Source: Anaerolineae bacterium (lineage in GTDB: Bacteria; Chloroflexota; Anaerolineae; Fen-1058). Taken from it: a DNA stretch of 64,000 nucleotides. Where the stretch lies: NCBI GenBank assembly GCA_036514635.1, contig DATBWU010000164.1, positions 337 through 64,336 on the forward strand, written 5' to 3'. How positions within the stretch are numbered: the stretch's first letter is position 1; each line of letters opens with the position of its first letter. Below, piece after piece: positions 16,747 through 24,792 of this stretch. Made by a program: the position numbers and the translations under genes. The notes beneath the pieces were generated by a model. The model was given only the letters and a program-made list of their open reading frames with translations, was not told the DNA's origin and ran no database searches.

Positions 16747-18806
16747 AACGCCTCTGCCACAATCTCCGCCACATCCTTCACCTGCATCTCGCTCTTCTCG
16801 GCTTTGGCCGCGTCGGTGAGCATGATCATGCAGAACGGACAGGCGACGGCGAGCGTCGGCTTGCCGGTCGTCATCGCCTCGCGGAAGCGGTTCGCGCTGA
16901 CGCGCTCCGTCCCATGTTCTTCTTCCTTCCACATCTGCGCACCGCCCGCGCCGCAGCAGAACGATTGACTGCGATTGCGCGGCAGCTCGGCGACGAGGAC
17001 GTTGGCCTGCACCAGCGCGTTGCGTGGCGCGTCGTAAACGCCGTTGTGCCGGCCGAGGTAGCATGGATCATGGAAGGCCACTTCGGGCTGCCGGTGCGGA
17101 TCGAGATGGAGCCTGCCCAGCAGGAGCAGTTCTTCAATCAATTGCGTGTGATGGATCACGTCGTAGTGGCCGCCAAACGCGGGATATTCGTTTTTCAATG
17201 TGTGCAGACAGTGCGGGCACGTCGTGACGATGCGAGTCGGGGCAGACCTATTGTTTGCCCTTACAACCTCGTTCAGCGTTTCGACGTTGGTCGTGGCAAG
17301 CTCGAAGAACAACGCTTCGTTGCCGGATCGCCGCGCCGAGTCGCCCGTGCAGCGTTCCCTCTTGCCCAGCACGGCGAAGTTCACGCCCGCCGCGATGAGA
17401 ATTCTGGCGAAGTCGCGCGCCGTCTTCTGCGCATGAGCATCGGTCGCGGGCGCGCAGCCGACCCACCACAAGATGTCCGGTTCCGGGTTCTGCTCGATGG
17501 TCGGCACGGCGAGACCCTTCGCCCAGTCGAGGCGCGCGTCGGGCGCAATGCCCCACGGGTTGCCCTGCCGTTCCATCCCGCGAAATGCCGGCTGCCACTG
17601 CGGCGGGAACGTGTTGTCCATCAGCACCTGGCTGCGCCGGATATCGAGGATGTCGCGCATCGGCTCGTTGTTGACCGGGCAGACCTCGACGCACGCGCCG
17701 CACGTCGTGCAGGCCCACACCGCTTCGGCGCTGATCGCAAAATCGAGCAGGCCGACCTGCGATTCTTTCCCCGCCGCCAACGCCGCGCCTTCCTGATTGA
17801 GATGATAGCGCTTGTTGATCTCCAGCGCCGCGGGCGAGAGCACCTTGCCGGTGGCGAAAGCCGGGCAGGCATCCTGGCAGCGATTGCACATGATGCACGC
17901 ATACGCATCCAACAACTGCGCCTTCGATAGATGCTCCAGTTTCGACGCGCCGAATTGCGTCAGGCTCTCGTCGTCGAAGTCGATCTTGTCCAGCTCGCCG
18001 ATCGATTTGCGCCCGGGCTTGACCAGGAAGTTGAGCGGGGCGGTGATGAGATGGATGTGCTTCGAGTACAGGAAATACGGAATGAACAACAGGATCGATC
18101 CAATCGCGCCCCACCAGAAGACGTGTTGCATCGCGACGATGGTCTCTGGAGCCAGGCCCGACCATAGGCCGCCGACCGCGGAAGCGAACGGCCGCCACGC
18201 ATCCGTGCCGGATTCGGCGACGTGAAAACTATCGCCGAGGAAACGCGATCCGACGTGCAGCAAGATGAACCCGCCGACGATCAGCGAGTCGCGCTTGATG
18301 CCGAATTCGGCTTTCGGGTGAATCGGCGAGCCGCTGCGGAAGCTCCAGATGTTGCGCCCGACGATCGCCCGGCGCAGCAGCAGGGACACCATGCCGCTCA
18401 GCGCGGCGACGCTCAGCACATCGATGATCAGCCGATAGAGCCGGCCAATCGTGTCTTCGCCCGGAAAGGGAAACTCGGCGAAGAAGCCGTGCAGACCATC
18501 GACGACGTTGACGACAAGGTAGAGGACAAACGCCAAAGCGACCGCCGCGTGCGCGAGTGTCGCTAGCGGGCGCCGCTTCCAGGTGGGGTATTGCGTGACG
18601 AAGACGATGGCGGCTTTGCCCAGGCGAAGCAGCAGGTGATCGGTTGCGAGTGTGCCCGTGCCGCGACAGATGATGCGGCGAATGCGGTCGAACGTGCGAT
18701 AAGCGGCGTACAGCGAAGCGAGGGCCAGCAGCACAAACACGATCTTTTCAATTGTGGTCAGCATGGTTCTTGCCTCGGGGAGAGTGGTTGCCAACCACAA
18801 AGGCAC
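16743..18806 (-). CDS. membrane-anchored (Fe-S)-binding CCG-domain oxidoreductase (HdrD/DsrK/GlpC-like fused to a multi-TM domain)
   Basis: N-terminal ~260 aa are hydrophobic helices. Two ferredoxin motifs CIMCNRCQDACP and CTTCGACVEVCP. CCG-type cysteine motifs (CPHCLHT..., SFCCGAGG). The start may be the ATG at 18764. Confidence 0.8.
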   Translation of the reverse strand: MPLWLATTLPEARTMLTTIEKIVFVLLALASLYAAYRTFDRIRRIICRGTGTLATDHLLLRLGKAAIVFVTQYPTWKRRPLATLAHAAVALAFVLYLVVNVVDGLHGFFAEFPFPGEDTIGRLYRLIIDVLSVAALSGMVSLLLRRAIVGRNIWSFRSGSPIHPKAEFGIKRDSLIVGGFILLHVGSRFLGDSFHVAESGTDAWRPFASAVGGLWSGLAPETIVAMQHVFWWGAIGSILLFIPYFLYSKHIHLITAPLNFLVKPGRKSIGELDKIDFDDESLTQFGASKLEHLSKAQLLDAYACIMCNRCQDACPAFATGKVLSPAALEINKRYHLNQEGAALAAGKESQVGLLDFAISAEAVWACTTCGACVEVCPVNNEPMRDILDIRRSQVLMDNTFPPQWQPAFRGMERQGNPWGIAPDARLDWAKGLAVPTIEQNPEPDILWWVGCAPATDAHAQKTARDFARILIAAGVNFAVLGKRERCTGDSARRSGNEALFFELATTNVETLNEVVRANNRSAPTRIVTTCPHCLHTLKNEYPAFGGHYDVIHHTQLIEELLLLGRLHLDPHRQPEVAFHDPCYLGRHNGVYDAPRNALVQANVLVAELPRNRSQSFCCGAGGAQMWKEEEHGTERVSANRFREAMTTGKPTLAVACPFCMIMLTDAAKAEKSEMQVKDVAEIVAEAL

Positions 18807-18827
18807 AAAGACACGAAGTCCACTGCC

Positions 18828-18908
18828 CGACTATCCGACTACTTGACTATCGGACTACCTGACTATTCGACTATTTGACTCCATTTGACTCCTCGACTAT
18901 CGACTACT
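18828..18908. repeat. degenerate tandem 8-9-nt repeat YYGACTAY (about 9 units)
   Basis: ccgactat ccgactac ttgactat cggactacc tgactat tcgactat ttgactcc atttgactcc tcgactat cgactac. All units are direct. The tract overlaps the kinase stop codon. Confidence 0.7.
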
Positions 18909-20355
18909 GGCACCACGTCTTGAGGTACTCGATCGTCGTTGAGTAGAGCGCGGGGCCGAGGTCGGTGGCGCGAATCTCAAGTGCGACCCGATTCGTTTTG
19001 ATCGGATCCGGTGCCGGGCCGCAATCGACGATCAAAGTCACGTGGAGCAGTTGCGTGCCCGACGACACCTGCGCGCCGATGCGCGTCGTCACCAGCGGAT
19101 CGACCTCTGGCACGAAGGCGAACAGTTGCCCGAACGGCCCGCCGGTGGGCGGTTGAACGACGGCATCGAAAAACAAGTCGAGCCGATCGCGGTAGTCGAT
19201 GCGCGTGGGCGGTTCTTTCAGCTTCAGCGAGATCACGCTGAAAAGCGGCGTCGGCGTTCGATTGACGACTGTGGTGGCCGTGAGCACTCGCGTTGGTGAA
19301 ACGCTCGGCGTGGGCGTGCCGGTAGCGGCGCGAGTCGGGGTCGAGGTGCGCGTGCGGGTAGGCGCAGGTGTGGAGGAGTTTGCGGCTGTGGACGCGGGCG
19401 TGTGCGTGCGAGTGGGTGTTGAAGTGAAGGAATCTGCAATTGTCGGACTAGGAGTCGCTGAGGCGACGGTGGCCGGGGTAATCGATCCATTTGCGGCCAT
19501 GAGTGCGCCGATCACGATCAAGATGCCAATCGCGCCGAGCGCGATCCAGCGCAACAGCGGCGAGCGAGGCACAGCCGTGGCCTGCTCGCCCGGCACGGAC
19601 TGCATCGCTTCGGCGAAGGCGTCGGCCAGCGCGCCGGGCGTCGCGTAGCGCGCGTCCGGGTTAATCGACAGGGCGCGCATCACTACATCCTCAATGGATT
19701 TCGGGATGGCGCTGCGAATCGATCGCGGCGCGGACAGATCGACCGGTCGCCGGTTGACCTTGTCCTCGCCGTGCGAGCGGCGGGCGACCGGCGCGCGCCC
19801 GGTAAGCAACTCGTACAACACCGCGCCCAGGCCGTAGACATCCGCGCGCGCATTGACCGGGCCGTTGCGCCCCACCTCCGGCGCAGTGTACGGCGAATCG
19901 AGTTGAGGCGGGATTCCAAAATCGGCGACGAAGGCGTTGCCCGGGTGATCGATCAGGATGTTCGCCGGCTTGAGGTTGAGGTGCAGCAGGCCGTGATGGT
20001 GGGCGTGATCGAGCGCCGCCGCCACCTGTGGGAGAATGCGCGCGATGTCGCTCAACGGGGCCGCACTGGGCCAGCGCGACTTGAGCGAGCCGACGGGCAT
20101 CAGGCGCATCGCCACGTACGCCCGGCCCTGGTGCACGCCGAATCCATACACCGGCAGCACGTTGGCCTGCGTCAGCGCCTCGACCGAATCGACCGCGCGC
20201 TGAACGACATCGGGATCCGCCGAGTCGTCGTACACCTTGACGGCCACGCTTCGATCGGCAGGTAACTGGCGCGCGCGATACACGCTGGCGCGCGGGCCTC
20301 GACTGATCAAGCCCTGCAGTTGAAAGTCGCCCAAAGTCTGGCCGGAGAGGTTCAT
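18904..20355 (-). CDS. Ser/Thr protein kinase-like protein with TM helix and P/T-rich extracellular region (probable pseudokinase)
   Basis: VAVKV, DFG (VADFGIP) and APE (YTAPEV) are present, but the catalytic loop reads HLNLKPAN instead of HRDLKPxN. TM segment LRWIALGAIGILIVIGALMA, followed by a PT-rich linker. Confidence 0.8.
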   Translation of the reverse strand: MNLSGQTLGDFQLQGLISRGPRASVYRARQLPADRSVAVKVYDDSADPDVVQRAVDSVEALTQANVLPVYGFGVHQGRAYVAMRLMPVGSLKSRWPSAAPLSDIARILPQVAAALDHAHHHGLLHLNLKPANILIDHPGNAFVADFGIPPQLDSPYTAPEVGRNGPVNARADVYGLGAVLYELLTGRAPVARRSHGEDKVNRRPVDLSAPRSIRSAIPKSIEDVVMRALSINPDARYATPGALADAFAEAMQSVPGEQATAVPRSPLLRWIALGAIGILIVIGALMAANGSITPATVASATPSPTIADSFTSTPTRTHTPASTAANSSTPAPTRTRTSTPTRAATGTPTPSVSPTRVLTATTVVNRTPTPLFSVISLKLKEPPTRIDYRDRLDLFFDAVVQPPTGGPFGQLFAFVPEVDPLVTTRIGAQVSSGTQLLHVTLIVDCGPAPDPIKTNRVALEIRATDLGPALYSTTIEYLKTWCQ

Positions 20356-20535
20356 GTTTCAAACGACTTTAACCACTGATGACACGGATGGCACTGGGGT
20401 TGAGTGAATGAATCTTCATCCGTGGCATCTGTGCAATTCGTGGTTCCATACAGGCTGCGGTCACGATCTCGTCCATCAATTCCTCGCAGGGCTTGACGAA
20501 CGACGAAGGGCAGACGACGAATCGGGCATCACGTA

Positions 20536-21987
20536 TCACGGCGTCGGGCTAGGCGTGGGTGCAGGCGTCAGCAGCAACTGGACGCCCAGCCCGGAAGCGA
20601 AATCGTTCCCCAACACGATGCGCACGTCGACACCATCTCCGTTAGCGGCGGCGGTGCGAATGGCCGTCGGCGGCAAATTCAGTGCTGAGGCCAGCTTGGC
20701 GACCGTGAGTGGCTTGTTGGAATGATCGATGATCACCGTCGAGGCATGATCGGTCAGGCCGTCATAGGCATCGCCGAATGAAGCGACCGTGAAGCCCTGC
20801 TGGGCCAAGAAGTCGCGGGTGCGTGAGGCCAGCCCAACCGTCAGTGTGCCGTTCTCGACGCGAATGAGGGCGGCTTCGGCGGCCAGGCGCGTCGCGTCGT
20901 CCGCGCCTTCGGGCACACTCGATGCAGCCGAACCGGCGTTGAGCAGCCGATCGCGCAGCTTGCGAATCTCGTCGCGGATCGGAACCAGGACGTACTGCGG
21001 CGGATCGGTGGGGGCCAGATACGATACCGTCATCGATGGGTCGATGACGAGCGATTGAATCTTGTCCAGGTCGATCTTGGAGGCGAGACTCGCCAGGCGG
21101 ATGAGTTGATCGGGCGCGAAGTCGGTTTTGACCGAATCGCCCAGCGTCTCCAGCAGCGGCCCGGCCTGCCCGATGAGCGTGGGCAGCATCTCGGCCTGCA
21201 TCACCTCGTCGCGCACCGCCAGGATCACCTGCTGCTGGCGGCGGGCGCGGTCGAAATCGCCCAGCTCGGTGTGGCGCGTGCGGGCGTACTTCAGCGCGAG
21301 CCGGCCATTCATCACCTGGCAGCCTGCGTCGATGTGCAGCGGCTCGAAGCCGAAGCCGGAATCGGGATACTGCGGATCGTCGATGGGCTGATCGACGCAG
21401 ATTTCGACGCCGCCGATCAGATCGATCAGCCTCTCGAACCCGGTGAAGTTGAGGCGGATGTAGTATTGAACCGGGATGCCGAAGTTGTACTGCACGGTCG
21501 CCATCGCCAGCGCCGGACCGCCGCCGGGGTAGTTCTGCGCGTCGCCGATGAAGTGCGCCGTGTTGATTTTGCCTTCGATGTCGTAGCCGTAAATCGGCAC
21601 CCACAGGTCGCGCGGGATCGACAACATGCCGGCGGTCTTGGTCGCCGGGTCAATCGTCAACAGGATCAGCGTATCGGTGCGCCACGGGCCTTCTTCCACT
21701 TCGCGCTCGTCGATGCCGAGGAGGAGAATGTTCACTCGCTCGACGCCGGTCCACTCCGGGATCGTGACCGGGCTGGGTGTGCCTGAGGCATTGGCCTCGA
21801 CGGGCCGCGCGATGGGGATGTCAAATGGCAAATCACGCACGATGCCGCGCACCGTGTTGAACACGGCGACCGACGCCGCGCCGCTCATCACCAGAAATAC
21901 GGCAATCACGATGATCCATCGCCGGCTGGGCAAGCGTCGGGGCGTGGCCCCCAGACCCCATGACATGCGGTGACCTCGATCGGGCAA
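20536..21987 (-). CDS. LCP (LytR-CpsA-Psr) family protein with C-terminal LytR_C-like domain
   Basis: N-terminal TM helix, LCP core NILLLGIDERE...RTDTLILLTIDP...SIPRDL, and a C-terminal VENGTLTVGLASRTRDFLAQQGF region. Confidence 0.85.
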   Translation of the reverse strand: MPDRGHRMSWGLGATPRRLPSRRWIIVIAVFLVMSGAASVAVFNTVRGIVRDLPFDIPIARPVEANASGTPSPVTIPEWTGVERVNILLLGIDEREVEEGPWRTDTLILLTIDPATKTAGMLSIPRDLWVPIYGYDIEGKINTAHFIGDAQNYPGGGPALAMATVQYNFGIPVQYYIRLNFTGFERLIDLIGGVEICVDQPIDDPQYPDSGFGFEPLHIDAGCQVMNGRLALKYARTRHTELGDFDRARRQQQVILAVRDEVMQAEMLPTLIGQAGPLLETLGDSVKTDFAPDQLIRLASLASKIDLDKIQSLVIDPSMTVSYLAPTDPPQYVLVPIRDEIRKLRDRLLNAGSAASSVPEGADDATRLAAEAALIRVENGTLTVGLASRTRDFLAQQGFTVASFGDAYDGLTDHASTVIIDHSNKPLTVAKLASALNLPPTAIRTAAANGDGVDVRIVLGNDFASGLGVQLLLTPAPTPSPTP

Positions 21988-22036
21988 AGTGCCGACCGCG
22001 TGCAGCGACGGGATCGGCGCGTGGATTATAGCACGC

Positions 22037-22477
22037 CTAAGCCAATTGCGAGGTGCAATTCGGGCAGCGCGTGGCCTTGATCGAAACCGTCGTGAAGCAG
22101 TAGGGGCAATCCTTCGTCGTCGGCTGGGCAGGCGCGGCTTCCGGTTGCCTCCTCATGCGATTCGCGCTGCGCACGATCAAGAAGATGGCGAATGCGATGA
22201 AGAGGAAGTTAATCACGGTGTTGAGGAACAGGCCGACGTTGACGGTGACCGCGCCGGCAGCCTGCGCATCGGCCAGCGTGGTGTACGGCCCGCCACCCGA
22301 GAGAACGATGAAGAGATTGGTGAAATCGACTTTGCCGAGCAGCAGGCCCAGGATCGGCGTCAGGATGTCCTTGACCAGCGAACTGACGATCGCTCCGAAC
22401 GCCACGCCGATGATCACGGCGACGGCCAGGTCGAGCACGTTTCCACGCATCATGAAGACTTTGAATTCTTTCCACAC
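22037..22477 (-). CDS. mscL: large-conductance mechanosensitive channel MscL with C-terminal Zn-ribbon tail
   Basis: (V)WKEFKVFMMRGNVLDLAVAVIIGVAFGAIVSSLVKDILTP is a canonical MscL N-terminus. GTG start at 22477 is preceded by GGGGGAA. The C-terminus is CPYCFTTVSIKATRCPNCTS. Confidence 0.85.
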   Translation of the reverse strand: MWKEFKVFMMRGNVLDLAVAVIIGVAFGAIVSSLVKDILTPILGLLLGKVDFTNLFIVLSGGGPYTTLADAQAAGAVTVNVGLFLNTVINFLFIAFAIFLIVRSANRMRRQPEAAPAQPTTKDCPYCFTTVSIKATRCPNCTSQLA

Positions 22478-22742
22478 AGGTGGTTCCCCCAAATGGTGTA
22501 TCACCGCGTCAAGATGCGGCCGGTTGCGCAATAGTATAGCCCAATAGCGAAATGAGTTTTCTTGGCTCCATGGCGAGATGCGAACGGCCACCGGTGTGTG
22601 TCAGTGATTGCACACAAATGCTCCAGGCCCGCGTCTCGCGGGCCGTCCGCGTCCTCGCGGACGGAGAGCCATCGAGATGTGAACAATCACCAGGTATGCG
22701 TCCATTGACACGCGGCGGGCTTCACCCTAGAATCTCGCCACT

Positions 22743-24599
22743 ATGCTCCCTCGCCCGATCGCACTGATCGCTGCCATTCTGATTGTCGTGATGCTGATGC
22801 TCGCAACGGCCAGGGCATTGGTCGCATTCGAGCCATCGGCCCGTTGGCCCGCCGCACTTGCCAAGATTCAAGCATCTGACCGCGCAGCGATCCTGATCGA
22901 TCTGCTCGACGGCGAGGCTTCGTTCCTAATCGTCCTCGATCGGCAAGCCGATCTGCGCGCCGCGTCGGGCCTGCATGGCAAGACCGCCAGAGGCCACTTT
23001 GTGTTCGACGCGCTGCGGAACGTCGCCGCGCAGACGCAGCCCGACCTGCTCGACGCGCTCCGCGCGCGTGGCGTGCGCGTGCGACCCTTCATCATCGTCA
23101 ACGCCATCGCCGTGCGCGGCACTCTCCAAGCGCTGCTCACCTCGGCCGAGTCTGCTCACACCGCATACATCGTCGCCGACACGCCTGCCCGAGCCAACCT
23201 GCCCGCGCTGGACTCTTCACTTCATCCTTCATCCTTCATCCCTCATCCTTCATCCGTTGAATGGAGCGTGAATGCCATCTACGCGCCTGCCGTGTGGTCG
23301 ATGGGATACACCGGCACGGGTATCATCGTCGGCGGACAGGACACCGGGGTGCGCTGGGACCACGACGCGCTCAAGAGTCATTATCGGGGATGGAACGGCG
23401 TCGGCGCGGATCACAACACCAACTGGCACGATTCCATCCACTCCGATCTCGACGGCAACTCGACGAACCCGTGCGGCTTTAGTGCGAGCGCGCCGTGCGA
23501 TGACGACGGGCACGGCACGCACACCGTCGGCACGATCGTGGGCGATGACGGCGCGGGGAACCAGATCGGCGTCGCGCCGGGCGCGCAGTGGATCGCCTGC
23601 CGCAACATGGACGAGGGCTGGGGCGCACCGTCGTCTTACCTGGAATGCTTCGAGTGGTTCCTGGCCCCTTACCCCATCACCGGCACGATCGCCGATGGCG
23701 ATCCGGCCGAAGCGCCGCACATCATCAACAACTCGTGGGGCTGCCCGACTTACGAAGGCTGCGTGACCGGCCAGGAAGTGATCAGCGGCGTGCTGGCGAT
23801 GCGCGCCGCCGGCATTCTCACCGTCGTTTCAGCGGGCAACCACGGGCCGTCGTGCTCATCGGTGAACGATCCGCCAGCGCTCTACGCCGAATCGTTCTCG
23901 GTCGGCGCGTTTGACAGCGGCGGCAACATCGCCTCCTTCAGCAGTCGCGGGCCGGTGCTGCTCGATGGCAGTGGCCGGCTGAAACCGGACCTCGCCGCGC
24001 CGGGCGTGAGCGTGCGATCGGCCACCAACACTTCGACCAACAGTTACACCTGGTCGAGCGGCACGTCGATGGCTGGGCCGCACGCCGCTGGCGCGGCGGC
24101 GCTATTGTTGAGCGCTGCGCCGTATCTGATCGGCGATGTCGAGCTGACCGAGTGGGTGCTGCGCCTGAACGCGACGCCGGCGTTCACGACGCAAGGCTGC
24201 GGCGGCGATACGCCCGCATCGCGCCCGAATAATATGTGGGGCTGGGGCAAAGTCGATGCGCTGGCTGCCGTCAGTGCGACGTTCAGTCTGACCCCGACCG
24301 CTGTACTGACCTCCTTCCACCCTTCGACAGGCACGTTCGTCCTCGACGCCTCAGCCTCGACCGATCCCGAATCGCCCGCTGATCAACTGCTGGCGCGCTG
24401 GGATTTCTGGAGCGATGGCGTCTGGGACACGCCGTGGTCGCCGAGCAAAGTCGTGACGGGTGATCTGGCGACGATCGGTGTAACGGCTGCCGTTCAGATT
24501 GCCGATCCGGGCGGGCGAACCGACCTCGCCACCGTGCAGGTGGTTGACCTGGATCGAAGATACTACTTCCCGATCGTGCTCCGGTCGAGTCAGCCTTAG
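22743..24599 (+). CDS. secreted S8 (subtilisin-like) serine peptidase with N-terminal propeptide and C-terminal extension
   Basis: Catalytic triad contexts GGQDTGV (Asp), DDGHGTHTVG (His) and SGTSMAGPHAAG (Ser), plus oxyanion NNSWG. N-terminal signal/TM segment. Confidence 0.9.
   Translation: MLPRPIALIAAILIVVMLMLATARALVAFEPSARWPAALAKIQASDRAAILIDLLDGEASFLIVLDRQADLRAASGLHGKTARGHFVFDALRNVAAQTQPDLLDALRARGVRVRPFIIVNAIAVRGTLQALLTSAESAHTAYIVADTPARANLPALDSSLHPSSFIPHPSSVEWSVNAIYAPAVWSMGYTGTGIIVGGQDTGVRWDHDALKSHYRGWNGVGADHNTNWHDSIHSDLDGNSTNPCGFSASAPCDDDGHGTHTVGTIVGDDGAGNQIGVAPGAQWIACRNMDEGWGAPSSYLECFEWFLAPYPITGTIADGDPAEAPHIINNSWGCPTYEGCVTGQEVISGVLAMRAAGILTVVSAGNHGPSCSSVNDPPALYAESFSVGAFDSGGNIASFSSRGPVLLDGSGRLKPDLAAPGVSVRSATNTSTNSYTWSSGTSMAGPHAAGAAALLLSAAPYLIGDVELTEWVLRLNATPAFTTQGCGGDTPASRPNNMWGWGKVDALAAVSATFSLTPTAVLTSFHPSTGTFVLDASASTDPESPADQLLARWDFWSDGVWDTPWSPSKVVTGDLATIGVTAAVQIADPGGRTDLATVQVVDLDRRYYFPIVLRSSQP
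23215..23255 (+). repeat. CTTCATC heptanucleotide tract inside the S8 peptidase CDS
   Basis: cttca-cttcatc-cttcatc-cttcatc-cctcatc-cttcatc encodes SSLHPSSFIPHPSS, between the propeptide and the VEWSV...catalytic domain. Confidence 0.8.
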
Positions 24600-24722
24600 A
24601 GCCTGTCTTAAAACTCACCACTTCGACATGAGCCAGGTTTTCTTGGTGTCGCTTGCCCCGCATCTTTCTGCGGGGTCGAGACTTGGTGGTTAACCATCGA
24701 ACCTTTTCAGACAGGCTCCTAG
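24596..24722. mobile_element. MITE-like element with GCCTGTCT(G/T)AAAA terminal inverted repeats
   Basis: Left end ttagaGCCTGTCTTAAAAC, right end CCTTTTCAGACAGGCtcctaga. It starts within the stop codon context of the S8 gene. The same TIRs occur at 46888-46983. Confidence 0.55.
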
Positions 24723-24792
24723 ACGGTGTGGTATTATTGAGTTGTCCTCCTCGCGGGAGGAGGATGATTACCTGTCATGCGGAGGATTTTCA

